A DNA stretch of 64,000 bases from Oceanispirochaeta sp. (GCA_963666275.2 CAXXOA010000003.1:64001-128000), one strand, 5' to 3'; positions 20,945 to 31,173 are shown, numbered from the stretch's first letter. Notes: generated from the letters alone by a model not told the origin. Program-made: numbers and translations.

Positions 20945-21472
20945 CTATTCCAGAAGGTTCTTATTCATTCCTACAAAGGTATCCACTATTATTGTCGCAG
21001 CTTCATCTACCAGATTGGTCTGCTCCTCCTCGGATAGTGATTCAGGGGTTACAACTATTTTGAACAGAGGTGAGGTCTGTTTGATGGGACCTTCCTTGAA
21101 GTTCAGGCTTTTATCCACTTCGGCATAGTCTGCCAGTTCCACGTGTTCCAGTTCCAGAGATTCGGGGACATCCGTTCTGTAGCCGATGCTTGTATATTCC
21201 AGGGTCCTTTCTCCGAATTTCAGGGGACTTACGGAGATAAGAGAGCCCGAGTAGGTCAGGAATATGGCACCTCTTTCATCCGTGGGGTCGAAAATTCCAA
21301 TCTCTTCCATACCCATTTCGATCATCTTGTTTTCAAAGATCTCTTTTTTCAGGAGCCAGCTATCCTGTAATTTCTGAGCCATATCCTCGTTAGGCTCCAG
21401 ACCGAATTTCTCTGTGACTTCCGCCAGATGTTTTGCTATGGTATCGGGAACATGCTGAATGACTGTATTCAT
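20945..21472 (-). CDS. Hypothetical acidic protein
   Basis: 175 aa ORF with AGGAG RBS and native-looking composition; no family recognised. Confidence 0.75.
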   Translation of the reverse strand: MNTVIQHVPDTIAKHLAEVTEKFGLEPNEDMAQKLQDSWLLKKEIFENKMIEMGMEEIGIFDPTDERGAIFLTYSGSLISVSPLKFGERTLEYTSIGYRTDVPESLELEHVELADYAEVDKSLNFKEGPIKQTSPLFKIVVTPESLSEEEQTNLVDEAATIIVDTFVGMNKNLLE

Positions 21473-21617
21473 ATTGAACTCTCCTTTTAAAGGTTCTTTC
21501 AGGATCTTTCAAAAAGAAAACCCTGTTACTTGATATGCTTTTAAATATGGTTCCATTTTCAAAAAATGAGGATATGCTGTTTGGTATAATCCTGTTTTTG
21601 CTGTATCCTATGGGAAT

Positions 21618-22172
21618 ATGTCATGGTTTTTAGAAGGAAAACTCAAAGATAACTCCCCCTGGTTTATCCCCCTGGATGAAAAGGGGTTCTCTATTGGCCG
21701 CAGCAGTTCCTGCGATCTTATCCTGAATGCCGCTTCGGTTTCCCGGAAGCACAGTACCGTTGTTTTTATAGAGGAAGAACCCTATCTCTCTGACAGCAAA
21801 AGCCGGAATGGGACGTTTATTAACGGTTGCCGGGTGTATGATAAGACGCGTCTGAAAGAGGATGATATTGTCTGTTTCGGTACAGTGGAGTTTGTCCTCC
21901 GCTATCAGGACGAGGATAGCGAAGAGGAAAAGACTATCATTGATGAAGGATTGAGCAGTAAGAAGTCTTTTTCTGAAATCTATGGTATTTCCGAGCGGGA
22001 GGAGGAGGTCCTCTTTCTTCTGATCAAAGGTCTGAACATAAAGGATATCGGAGAGAAACTTTTCATTTCTCCCGGGACGGTAAAAAATCATGTCCTCAAG
22101 ATCTACTCTAAAACCGGAGTCCACAGCCGGATAGAACTCTCCACACTGTATCAGGAAAAAGCCGGAGTCTGA
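21618..22172 (+). CDS. FHA domain plus LuxR-type HTH protein
   Basis: FHA: IGRSSSCD, VSRKHS, SRNGTFING. LuxR: SEREEEVL, LFISPGTVKNHVLKIYSK. Confidence 0.88.
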   Translation: MSWFLEGKLKDNSPWFIPLDEKGFSIGRSSSCDLILNAASVSRKHSTVVFIEEEPYLSDSKSRNGTFINGCRVYDKTRLKEDDIVCFGTVEFVLRYQDEDSEEEKTIIDEGLSSKKSFSEIYGISEREEEVLFLLIKGLNIKDIGEKLFISPGTVKNHVLKIYSKTGVHSRIELSTLYQEKAGV

Positions 22173-22330
22173 TCGGTCGATCGGTTCTGAATGCTCTCTT
22201 ATAACGCGGGTCTCTTGGCCCCCATACCCCCTGAAGGGGGCTTTTACTTTTTGGGAAGGCTGAAGGTTTTCTCGGCAAAGAGCCTCCCCGGTTCCTGAAC
22301 GGAGCCGAAGGGTGGGGGACTTCCCGGAGC

Positions 22331-22366
22331 AAAAAAAAGCTGCCGTATCATTGATACAGCAGCTTT
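22331..22366 (-). terminator. Intrinsic terminator after the FMN-binding protein gene
   Basis: A8-GCTGCCGTATCA-T-TGATACAGCAGC, giving a U-run on the minus strand. Confidence 0.7.
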
Positions 22367-22399
22367 ATCTATACACTGTCTAAGATGACAGCAATTGTC

Positions 22400-23212
22400 T
22401 TACTTGGCAGAAGCCATAGCTTCGTTAAGAAGAGCGTAGAAGGGATCCAGTCCGATAGAAGCACCGGATACGGCATCGGGCATTGCTGTTTCCTGAGTTG
22501 CCAGGAGGTTGGCTTCTACAGCCGCAGCCTGCTCAAACCAGGGAGCCATGGCGTTGCCGCTGGCCATCATACCATACTCACCGTCCATAGACTTCTGAGC
22601 TTTGTTATTGGTTCCGTCTTCTGCCAGACCATCCCAGTTTACGGCTACGATATAACCGGAAGTCACTGTCACATCAACAAAGTATTTGTATCCATGATCA
22701 AACTCGGGCTGTTCTGCATGATAGAAACCGTCTTTGTAGGGACCGTATCCGACAGGACCGGCTGCCAGAGCTTTCTCTGCAAGGGTGAAGAATTCGATAA
22801 CATGGATAGACGCTCCGGAGAACGCATCTGTATGGCCTTCGTCATCTTTATAGGTAATTGCGGTGGGATCCTGAGTTTTCAGGAGGTATTCCTGAGCGGC
22901 AGCAGCCTGCTCATACCAGGGAGCTTTGGCTCCGCCTTTTTCCATACCGTATTCACCGGCTTTGGAAAGGCTGACTTTGTCTTTTCCGGCATTCACATTG
23001 GCACCGTTCCATACGGCTTTGACAATTTTACCGTCTTTTACCTCTATGGTTACATTATATTTCCAGCCGGTTTTTCCAAACTGGTCTTCCTGAGCAAAGT
23101 ACACGCCGTCTTTGTATGCGGGTGCACTGGATGCGGCTTCCTGCTGTCCTTCTGCAAAAACAGATGCGGAAAAAATTGACAGAATAACGAAAAATGTCAT
23201 TATTTTTTTCAT
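22400..23212 (-). CDS. Exported protein with two FMN-binding (flavinylation) domains
   Basis: Signal peptide; internal tandem duplication (YKDG.Y.A...PW.EQA); two [S/T]GA[S/T] motifs (DAFSGAS, DAVSGAS). Confidence 0.85.
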   Translation of the reverse strand: MKKIMTFFVILSIFSASVFAEGQQEAASSAPAYKDGVYFAQEDQFGKTGWKYNVTIEVKDGKIVKAVWNGANVNAGKDKVSLSKAGEYGMEKGGAKAPWYEQAAAAQEYLLKTQDPTAITYKDDEGHTDAFSGASIHVIEFFTLAEKALAAGPVGYGPYKDGFYHAEQPEFDHGYKYFVDVTVTSGYIVAVNWDGLAEDGTNNKAQKSMDGEYGMMASGNAMAPWFEQAAAVEANLLATQETAMPDAVSGASIGLDPFYALLNEAMASAK

Positions 23213-23371
23213 ATAGACCTCCAAAAGTGGTAATACTCTTTTATGAATATATTAAAATTCATAAATTTTTATCGACTATAATGCTTTTTCCAAACAAAAT
23301 CAACTAAATCCTACTAAAAAGCTAGGTTATGGGCTTATGCAATCTTCCTTTAGTACACACAAGTTTCTATA

Positions 23372-24772
23372 ATGGCTTTTCATATGGCGAAAGTAAAAAG
23401 TTTTAGCGGTTTATTAAAAAAGGTTCTCCTTCTGGGACTGCCTCTTCTTTTCGGTCAGTTGACCCAGTATTTTCATCAGATTGCCGATTCAGCCATGCTG
23501 GGACATTTCGGAGAAACAAGCAGTGAACTGGCAGCCATCGGCATTGCCGGCCTCTATTCCTGGATGCTGGCAACTTTTATCTGGCCTGTCTCAACAGGTA
23601 TCCAGGCTATTGCCTCCCGCCGTTATGGAAAACAGGACTCCGGAGTGGAGGCTCACAGGTTTTCAACAGGTGAGGCTCTGGATAACGGTCTGGCTGTGAC
23701 TTTCTATGCGGCCGGTCTCTCCACGCTATTCAGCTTCCTTGCCAAACCTGTCCTGGGGGCTCTCCTGGATTCCCGGGAAATCCTGGATCTTTCCCTTCAA
23801 TACATCCGGATCATCCGGTTTTCTCTTCTTCCTCTGGGGCTGTGTTTCTCTCTGCAGGGATTTTTCGGGGCTCTGAACAAGACCAGATACGTAATGTATG
23901 CGGGGGTTCTCAGCAATCTTTCCAATATTCTACTCAACTGGATATTCATATTCGGCAAACTGGGGTTGCCTGCCATGGGGATCCGGGGAGCCGCCCTGGG
24001 AACTGTTCTGTCCGATGTGATCACCCTGATCTTTCTTATCTGGATTGTGATTCAGAAGGGATACCTGAAACAGTACAGGCTTTTTCATTTTTCCGATCTC
24101 AGCGTGATGATTCAGAAAGATATCATCAAAGTAGCCGTTCCGCCGGGACTTCAGAATGTTTTCGCCCTGGGATTTTTTATGACATACCAGACTATCATCG
24201 AAGACTATTCTGTCCTGTATCTGGCAGCTACCCACAGTACCTTTGCCTTTTTCCGATTGAATAAGTCCATCATCAGCGGCTTCGCCCGTTCCGCCAGCAT
24301 CCTGGCGGGAAATGCTCTGGGACGGGGAGACAAAGAGGATGCTCAGGTTATTATTACGGCAGCAGGGTTTATTTCAGGACTTGTGGCCATATTCATTTCT
24401 CTTATCACTTTTTCCGGTCGGAATGTGATCGCCTCTGTTTTTACTGACTCTCCTGAAACGGCTTCTGCCATAGTGCAGACACTTCTCTTTTTTCTGCCCT
24501 TCTTTTTTATTGAATCCCTGGGGTACGCTTTTGAAATGGTATTTGTTCCCAACGGCTATGGAAAATGGGTACTGTTCAGCGAGTTTACAACCAATGCCGT
24601 GTTTATTCTGGGGGCGACCCTTGTGGTGAGGCATCTGTTTCCCGGTGAGATCCGGCTGGCCTGGCTCTGTTTCGGTCTCTATCAGCTCTTTCATGCCAGC
24701 CTGATGATCACAGGATATGTCCGGCGTAAATGGCTGGATATTGAGCTGGATAGAACCACGGGAGGAAGCTGA
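23372..24772 (+). CDS. MATE family efflux transporter
   Basis: About 12 TM segments; DSAMLGH, NILLNWIFIFG..GLPAMGIRGAALGT, GNALG. Confidence 0.88.
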   Translation: MAFHMAKVKSFSGLLKKVLLLGLPLLFGQLTQYFHQIADSAMLGHFGETSSELAAIGIAGLYSWMLATFIWPVSTGIQAIASRRYGKQDSGVEAHRFSTGEALDNGLAVTFYAAGLSTLFSFLAKPVLGALLDSREILDLSLQYIRIIRFSLLPLGLCFSLQGFFGALNKTRYVMYAGVLSNLSNILLNWIFIFGKLGLPAMGIRGAALGTVLSDVITLIFLIWIVIQKGYLKQYRLFHFSDLSVMIQKDIIKVAVPPGLQNVFALGFFMTYQTIIEDYSVLYLAATHSTFAFFRLNKSIISGFARSASILAGNALGRGDKEDAQVIITAAGFISGLVAIFISLITFSGRNVIASVFTDSPETASAIVQTLLFFLPFFFIESLGYAFEMVFVPNGYGKWVLFSEFTTNAVFILGATLVVRHLFPGEIRLAWLCFGLYQLFHASLMITGYVRRKWLDIELDRTTGGS

Positions 24773-24814
24773 CTCAGCTTGATCAGGCTTCTTATTTAAG
24801 GGTATCTTAAGGGC

Positions 24815-25555
24815 ATGTCCGTATTAGAATATGAAATAAATCCCTTTAACGGGGCCCAGATAGATCCTCCCGCTCTACCGGAGAGGACAGACGTTTTTAT
24901 TGCCTCCTTTGAAGAAACCCTGAAGGAGCTGAGAAAGGACGGCCGTATCGCTTTATGGCTGAATATTCCCATTGAAAAATCAGATTTTATACCCCATGCC
25001 GTAGCGGCGGGATGCCGTTTTCACCACGCTGGGGAAGACTACCTTCAGCTTGTGATGAAACTTGATCCCCAGGCATTTATTCCCGGATATGCCACCCATT
25101 ACATCGGGGCCGGCGGGGTTGTACTGGATGATGAGAACCGGATCCTTGTGATTCAGGAAAAATACCATACAAAAAAACATTATAAACTCCCCGGAGGAGC
25201 TCTGGATCCTCAGGAGCATATCTCGGATGCCGTAAAAAGGGAGATTTTTGAAGAAACCGGAATCAGAACCGAGTTTCTCTATCTCAGCTCTTTCCGGCAC
25301 TGGCACGGGTACCGGTACAGCAAGTCGGATATCTATTTTGTCTGCCGGATGAAACCTCTGTCATTTGAAATCAAGGCAGATCCCCGTGAGATATCCGAAG
25401 CCCGATGGATGCCCCTTGAGGAGTATCTGAACGACCCGGATACCCATCCCTTCAATCAGAAGATCGTCAGGACAGCCATCAAGGGGCAGGGGCTGAAACT
25501 TGAAAGCATTCCCGATTACGGATCTCCTGAAACCCATGAAATGATGTTTTTCTAA
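24815..25555 (+). CDS. Nudix hydrolase with an N-terminal extension (NUDT6-like)
   Basis: Nudix box GGALDPQE.ISDAVKREIFEETG; pre-Nudix segment W..IP...GCRFHHA. Confidence 0.85.
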   Translation: MSVLEYEINPFNGAQIDPPALPERTDVFIASFEETLKELRKDGRIALWLNIPIEKSDFIPHAVAAGCRFHHAGEDYLQLVMKLDPQAFIPGYATHYIGAGGVVLDDENRILVIQEKYHTKKHYKLPGGALDPQEHISDAVKREIFEETGIRTEFLYLSSFRHWHGYRYSKSDIYFVCRMKPLSFEIKADPREISEARWMPLEEYLNDPDTHPFNQKIVRTAIKGQGLKLESIPDYGSPETHEMMFF

Positions 25556-25564
25556 GATACCGGA

Positions 25565-26188
25565 TTACAGGCTCTCCATGACCATCATGAGAAATCCGGA
25601 AAACGCCGGATTGCTGGGCGACAGGGAAGGGTCGACTTCCCTTTTCATACTGTTGATCAGATCTCTGTATCTTCTGTAAAAATCGTAACTGGGCCGGGGC
25701 GAGTAGACCAGGTCCGGGATTTCAAAGACTTTGAGAATGTTTTTTACCGTGGTGGGTTTGATAAAGACCTCTTCGGCAGGCCTGACATAGGCGGGGATAA
25801 CGCTCAAAAGGGTCCATTTGGCCAGTTTTCCCATTTTAAGAACTTCCAGATAACGGTTAAACCCTTTCTCCTCGTCCAGGTAGAGCATCTCATGGAGGGA
25901 TTCTGTCAGTTCATCCCGGTCATGGCTGTTGAGGGAGCGCACAAAGTCCCGGAAGCGGGGCTTTTCAAAAACCGAAACCATGCTGGAGGCGCTGACGAAT
26001 TTGATAAGATTCTCACTGAGCAGTACTGTCCGGCTGAAAGCATCTTCTGAAAACTGCTCCTGTGCCCGGGGAACCAGCTTATCCATTCTGTGCTTCTTTC
26101 CTATGACCACCATTTCAGGGTCTTCAAAACCTCCGGGGTAACGGCTTAGAAAGAGGGCTTCCGCCTGTTGCAGTTTATTCAGATTCAT
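25565..26188 (-). CDS. Hypothetical protein
   Basis: 207 aa ORF with GGAGG RBS; no family assignable with confidence. Confidence 0.75.
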   Translation of the reverse strand: MNLNKLQQAEALFLSRYPGGFEDPEMVVIGKKHRMDKLVPRAQEQFSEDAFSRTVLLSENLIKFVSASSMVSVFEKPRFRDFVRSLNSHDRDELTESLHEMLYLDEEKGFNRYLEVLKMGKLAKWTLLSVIPAYVRPAEEVFIKPTTVKNILKVFEIPDLVYSPRPSYDFYRRYRDLINSMKREVDPSLSPSNPAFSGFLMMVMESL

Positions 26189-26328
26189 GGATTTCCTCCC
26201 TGTCTTTTATCCTTTATACACCAAGTGTACAGGAATTTCATGTATCCGTGTTGCTGTGAGTTTTGACTTTTTCATTTTACCCGGTTTAAAATAAGAGTGA
26301 GTCATAGAATGAGTCAGGAGGTATATGG

Positions 26329-26580
26329 ATGAGTCAGATTACCTTGAGAGAACTGCCGGAAGTGCTGGACCACCAGCTGAGATCCCTGGCAAAAAAGAAT
26401 CATACCAGTCTGAACAGAACGATTCAGAACATTCTGATGGAAACCCTGGGATTATCCGAAGGCTCCAGTCGGAAAAGGGATCTTTCCGATCTTTCAGGAG
26501 CATGGTCCCGGGAAGAGGCTGAGGCCTTTGAAAAGGATCTTGCTGTTTTTGATCAGATTGATGATGAAATCTGGAGCTGA
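26329..26580 (+). CDS. vapB: Antitoxin, FitA/VapB-like ribbon-helix-helix
   Basis: MSQITLRELP..LRSLA..SLN; acidic C-terminus (IDDEIW); directly upstream of a PIN gene. Confidence 0.8.
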   Translation: MSQITLRELPEVLDHQLRSLAKKNHTSLNRTIQNILMETLGLSEGSSRKRDLSDLSGAWSREEAEAFEKDLAVFDQIDDEIWS

Positions 26581-26973
26581 ATGATGAGGCTCTGTATCGA
26601 TACCAATGCTTATACAGCTCTCATGCTCGGAGAGGATAGAATCCTCAACCTGCTTGAAAATGCGGAGGAAATTCTTATTCCCGTAACAGTTCTGGGAGAA
26701 TTATATGCGGGATTCTATATGGGAAAACAGTTTGAAGAGAATATACGCAGGCTGGAATCCTTTCTTGAAAAACCTGATATCCATATACGCAACCTAACCG
26801 GGGAGGCGGCTTTCCGCTATGGATTTTTAGTGAAGGAATTGAGAGACAATGGAACACCAATTCCCTCAAATGACATCTGGATTGCTGCGACATCGCTGGA
26901 TTCCGGGGCTATCCTCGTGAGCCGGGACAGGCATTTTTCCCGTATCCCGGGCCTTCAGATTCTGGGTTTTTAG
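26581..26973 (+). CDS. vapC: PIN-domain toxin VapC
   Basis: IDTNAY, VLGEL, PIPSNDIWIAA, SRDRHF..IPGL. Confidence 0.92.
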   Translation: MMRLCIDTNAYTALMLGEDRILNLLENAEEILIPVTVLGELYAGFYMGKQFEENIRRLESFLEKPDIHIRNLTGEAAFRYGFLVKELRDNGTPIPSNDIWIAATSLDSGAILVSRDRHFSRIPGLQILGF

Positions 26974-26986
26974 ACTGGGAACAAAG

Positions 26987-29113
26987 TTAATTTATTATTT
27001 TCAGAGCATTTACAAACACCGTATGGGTCCGGGAGGAGAAACTGGGCAGGGTCGGCTCGGAGGAAGTCAGCACATTGACAGATCCTCCCGTCTCGGTGAG
27101 GCCTGAGTTTTTCTCTGTGAACCGGGGCCATAAGCCCTCATTCAGGCAGAGACAGCCTTTGCGTATATCCTCTGTGATCCTCAAGGGGATCTCCATTGTT
27201 CCAAAAGGGCTGGAGAGGCTGATAGTCTCTCCCTGATGAAGGTTTCTCTCTGCGGCATCTGCGGGATGCATCCAGACAGCCAGGTCCTCCTCCATCCGGA
27301 AGCCTTCCACATTGGCAAACTGGGAGTGAATTCCCTGGAGAGGATGGGGGCTTACAAGAGCCAGTGGATAGTCCCCGGGAATTTCAGGCCCCTCCCTGTG
27401 ATGGGGATAGGCCGGGAAACCTGTTTTTTCATACTCCCGGGAGGCTATTTCAATTCTGCCTGATGGGGTATTGAGGGGGTGTTCCGCAGGATCGGCAATG
27501 AAATCGGAAAGCCCTACTCTCTCCTGGTCTTTTCCCATGAACAGACCGGTGGCTTTGAAATCTTCAGGATCCGGGATCTCGGACTTTTCAAGGAGATGAT
27601 CAAGCCATTCCTCTGCTGACCGGCCTCCGGTGTAGGCCTCTGCAAATCCCAGACGTTCCGCCAGGGCTGTAAATATCTGGTAGTCTGTTCTGATCCCTTC
27701 CGGCGGCTCTACCGCTCTGGAGGACCAGAGAAGGAAGTTCCCCGCCGGTGTGACAATATCGTTTCTTTCAAGAAAAGAGGCTGCAGGGAAGACTATATCG
27801 CACATGGCCATGGTGGGTGTCAGAAAAAAGTCGTGGCCGATGATCAGATCCAGTTTCTGCAGGGCCTGGATGTTTTTCAGGATATCACTGCCCTGACTCA
27901 TCAGGTTGCTGCTTGTAATATAGGCCCCTTTCAGATGGTAGGGACGCCCCTGAAACTGCTGATTCAGGATCACATCCGGCCAGGCGTAAACAGGGAAGGA
28001 GGGATCCGAGTGAGGGACTGCCGGAACGGTCGGGCAGTAGGGGCGGGACATCCTGCCCCAGAACATTCCCCCCGAGGATCCTCCGGGCCTGCCTGTATTT
28101 CCCGTTGCCAGCTGCAGGGCTGCCGTCATGCGGGCCGCTTCCTCTCCGCCCAGGGCGCGCTGCAGTGAGAGTCCCGGCAGGAGCGCCGCCGGTTTGATCC
28201 GGCCGTACATATCCGCAAGCTTTACAATGTCCTTTTCGGGGATTCCGCAGATTTCCGAGGCCCAGGCCGGTGTTCTGGCCACACCGTCGGTCTGGCCTGT
28301 GACATAGGCCTTCAGCTCGGGAAAGCCTATGCTGTATTTTTCGATAAACTGGTGATCCTGCAGGTCATTGCGGATCAGATGGTAGAGGATCGCCGCCATC
28401 AGGGCTGTGTCAGTTCCCGGTTTGATAGGGATCCACCAGGTTCCCATCGTTTTGGCCGTTCTTGTATTCCGGGGATCGATCACAACTACCGGGACTCCCC
28501 GTTTCCGGGCTTCCAGGATTCTGGGGGGCATTTCGCAGCCGAATCGGGTATCCAGGGCGTTATATCCCCAGAGCAGGATCATCTCTGACTGTGCCAGATT
28601 TCCCGCATCCATCCCCGTGTGGGCACTCCCGAAAACATGGGACAGAGCGAAGGATGCGGCCCCGCTGCTGTAGTTGCCTGTTGTTCTGGTGGCTCCGCCC
28701 CAGAGGGTCAGAAACCGGGAGCTGAGTTTGGAACTGTTATGGAAGACTCCCCGGCAGGAGCCGCCGCTTGAAAAGTCCAGCATGGCCTGTGAACCATAAC
28801 GGGCCTGAAATTCCTTGAGCCGGGAAGCCGCCATATCCAGGGCTTCCTCCCAGCTTGCCTCCCGGAAGAGATCCTTTGCCTCTTCGGCGGACCGGAAAGT
28901 TCTGCCCTTTCTCTCCCTGCGTATAAGTGGCTTCAGAAGCCTGTGGGGATGGTTATCCATGTCCATGGCCCTGAATCCCTTCCGGCACCCTTTCATATAG
29001 AGAGAACCGGCGGGATTATTGCTGATGCGGACAACTTTCCCCTCTTCCACATGAGCCAGAAGAGGGCAGCCTCCACCGCAGTCTTTGTTGCACGAAACGG
29101 GAAAGGTTTTCAT
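26987..29113 (-). CDS. Molybdopterin oxidoreductase, DMSO reductase family (DmsA-like, no Tat signal)
   Basis: CNKDCGGGC..C Fe-S motif, SWEEAL, GNYSSGA Ser-ligand region, IKPGTDTAL, MHPADA MGD-binding domain. Confidence 0.88.
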   Translation of the reverse strand: MKTFPVSCNKDCGGGCPLLAHVEEGKVVRISNNPAGSLYMKGCRKGFRAMDMDNHPHRLLKPLIRRERKGRTFRSAEEAKDLFREASWEEALDMAASRLKEFQARYGSQAMLDFSSGGSCRGVFHNSSKLSSRFLTLWGGATRTTGNYSSGAASFALSHVFGSAHTGMDAGNLAQSEMILLWGYNALDTRFGCEMPPRILEARKRGVPVVVIDPRNTRTAKTMGTWWIPIKPGTDTALMAAILYHLIRNDLQDHQFIEKYSIGFPELKAYVTGQTDGVARTPAWASEICGIPEKDIVKLADMYGRIKPAALLPGLSLQRALGGEEAARMTAALQLATGNTGRPGGSSGGMFWGRMSRPYCPTVPAVPHSDPSFPVYAWPDVILNQQFQGRPYHLKGAYITSSNLMSQGSDILKNIQALQKLDLIIGHDFFLTPTMAMCDIVFPAASFLERNDIVTPAGNFLLWSSRAVEPPEGIRTDYQIFTALAERLGFAEAYTGGRSAEEWLDHLLEKSEIPDPEDFKATGLFMGKDQERVGLSDFIADPAEHPLNTPSGRIEIASREYEKTGFPAYPHHREGPEIPGDYPLALVSPHPLQGIHSQFANVEGFRMEEDLAVWMHPADAAERNLHQGETISLSSPFGTMEIPLRITEDIRKGCLCLNEGLWPRFTEKNSGLTETGGSVNVLTSSEPTLPSFSSRTHTVFVNALKIIN

Positions 29114-29131
29114 GGCCCTATTCTACAGGCA

Positions 29132-30052
29132 TCAGTCCAGTTTGGCCAGTTCTACCGCTGTTTTTGCCGCGACTCTGGCGTTGTTGAATACAAGCTGAAT
29201 ATTGGAGGCCAGACTGTCGCCGCCGGTGAGTTCGGCTACTTTTGCAAGGAGGAAGGGAGTGGACTCTTTTCCTTTGATTCCTTTGGCATTCATCTCATCC
29301 AGAGCTTCTTCTATGGCCCCGTTTATAACAGATTCATCCATGGCTTTGTCTTCGGGGATCGGGTTGGCAATGACGGCTCCCCCTTTCAGATTCATATCCC
29401 ATTTGGCTTTCAGGGCTCTGGCCAGTTCTTCTTCCGTATCAATCCTGTAATCCACCTGGAAACCGCTCTTTCTTGTATAGAATGCAGGCATCTCTCCGGT
29501 TCCGAACCCGATAACCGGTACCCCGTGGGTTTCCAGATATTCCAGGGTCAGTCCAATGTCCAGAATGGATTTGGCTCCCGCACAGAATACGGCCACATTG
29601 GTGGAAGCCAGCTCCTGCAGGTCTGCGGAGATATCGAAAGTCTCCTGGGCTCCCCTGTGAACTCCCCCGATCCCGCCGGTGGCAAAAATGCTGATTCCCG
29701 CCATGGCGGCAATGATCATGGTCGATGCGACAGTGGTGGCTCCGTCTTTTCCCGAGGCCACAATAAAGGGGATATCTCTCCGGCTGACCTTGGTGACCTC
29801 TGTTCCGGCTCTTCCCAGATAGTCCAGATCCTCCGGCAGGAGTCCCGCTTTCAGGCGTCCTTTCAGAATCGCGATGGTAGCGGGGACCGCTCCGTTCCGG
29901 CGGATGATGTTTTCCACCTCTTTGGCTGTTTCCACATTCTGCGGATAGGGCATTCCGTGGGAAATGATGGTGGACTCCAGAGCCACAACGGGTTTTCCCT
30001 GTTCCAGGGCTTCCTGTACTTCCGGAGTGATATCCAGGTATTTCTTATCCAT
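29132..30052 (-). CDS. psuG: Pseudouridine-5'-phosphate glycosidase
   Basis: [47 protein letters not shown]. Confidence 0.95.
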   Translation of the reverse strand: MDKKYLDITPEVQEALEQGKPVVALESTIISHGMPYPQNVETAKEVENIIRRNGAVPATIAILKGRLKAGLLPEDLDYLGRAGTEVTKVSRRDIPFIVASGKDGATTVASTMIIAAMAGISIFATGGIGGVHRGAQETFDISADLQELASTNVAVFCAGAKSILDIGLTLEYLETHGVPVIGFGTGEMPAFYTRKSGFQVDYRIDTEEELARALKAKWDMNLKGGAVIANPIPEDKAMDESVINGAIEEALDEMNAKGIKGKESTPFLLAKVAELTGGDSLASNIQLVFNNARVAAKTAVELAKLD

Positions 30053-30054
30053 AA

Positions 30055-31152
30055 TCAGTAGTTCTCCTTGATAAATTGATCTATTTTTTCAGCCGAAATA
30101 TTCGGATTGATTGTATTTTCATGGCAGATTGTCAGTCCTGAAGCGGCCAGAGCTTTCTGCAGCCTCAGGGGCAGAGGATCCTTTTCAAGGAGTCCCCAGG
30201 CCAGTCCTGCCAGAAAGGCATCTCCCGCACCGGTCGCATTCACTGGCGGTCCGGGCAGGCGGGGCGGGTTGGGAAGGGATAGGGCTGCCTCTTCCGAGAG
30301 GGAGAAAATCCCTTTGTCATTCAGGCTTATCACTACATTCCTCACGCCTTTTTCCCGGAGTTTCCCGGCGGCCTTCTCCAGGTCCTGTTCGTTTTCTATG
30401 GTCAGCCCGGTCAGAACCTGAGCTTCCATGGCATTGGGTTTGATCGTATGAAGGAAGGGAAGGCTTGCTGTCAGCCGGGATGCTTTGGCAGAAGAGACAG
30501 GGTCGGCAAAAATGGGAATATCCCTGTAGGTCCGGCAGATATAGCTGATCACGTCCTCGGGTATATTCGCATCGAGGACAATCACAGACGCATTGCTCAG
30601 CTGACGGTGACGGCTCTGAATATAGCTGACCGTGAAACTCTCCATGATCTCCATATCCGAAAGGGCCAGGGCCATATCTCCCTTTTCATTCAGGATGGAA
30701 AGATAGGAGGAGGTCCCTTTATCAGGGATGATCAGAATATCGCTCATATCGATTCCGGCCCGGGTGCTCTCTTCTATAAGCTGCTGTCCATGAGAGTCAT
30801 CACCCAGCACTGTAAGGAGCTTCACTTCAGCACCCAACCGGGCCATGTTCTCGGCAATATTCCTGGCCACCCCTCCGCAGGAGACTTTTACCCGGCCCGG
30901 ATTGGAATCCCGGGATATCAGCGGCAGCGAGGGAAAGCCCTGGATATCCATGTTGGACCCCCCGATGACAACGGCATAGGGGGACTTCCTCAGGATATAG
31001 CCCTTACCCTGTATCTGTCCTTTATTGGTCAGATTCATTATATGTCCTGCCACGGATGAGCGGGTTATCCCCAGCTTTTCCGCCAGGTCTTTCTGGGAGA
31101 TCATCGGGTTCTCTTTCAGTATTTCCAGAATTTCCCACTCTCGTTTGGTCAT
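30055..31152 (-). CDS. psuK: wHTH-PfkB fusion, pseudouridine kinase
   Basis: N-terminal HTH ([24 protein letters not shown]); [14 protein letters not shown] and ATGAGD; adjacent to psuG. Confidence 0.88.
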   Translation of the reverse strand: MTKREWEILEILKENPMISQKDLAEKLGITRSSVAGHIMNLTNKGQIQGKGYILRKSPYAVVIGGSNMDIQGFPSLPLISRDSNPGRVKVSCGGVARNIAENMARLGAEVKLLTVLGDDSHGQQLIEESTRAGIDMSDILIIPDKGTSSYLSILNEKGDMALALSDMEIMESFTVSYIQSRHRQLSNASVIVLDANIPEDVISYICRTYRDIPIFADPVSSAKASRLTASLPFLHTIKPNAMEAQVLTGLTIENEQDLEKAAGKLREKGVRNVVISLNDKGIFSLSEEAALSLPNPPRLPGPPVNATGAGDAFLAGLAWGLLEKDPLPLRLQKALAASGLTICHENTINPNISAEKIDQFIKENY

Positions 31153-31173
31153 GGATCGTCCTTATTTACGATG

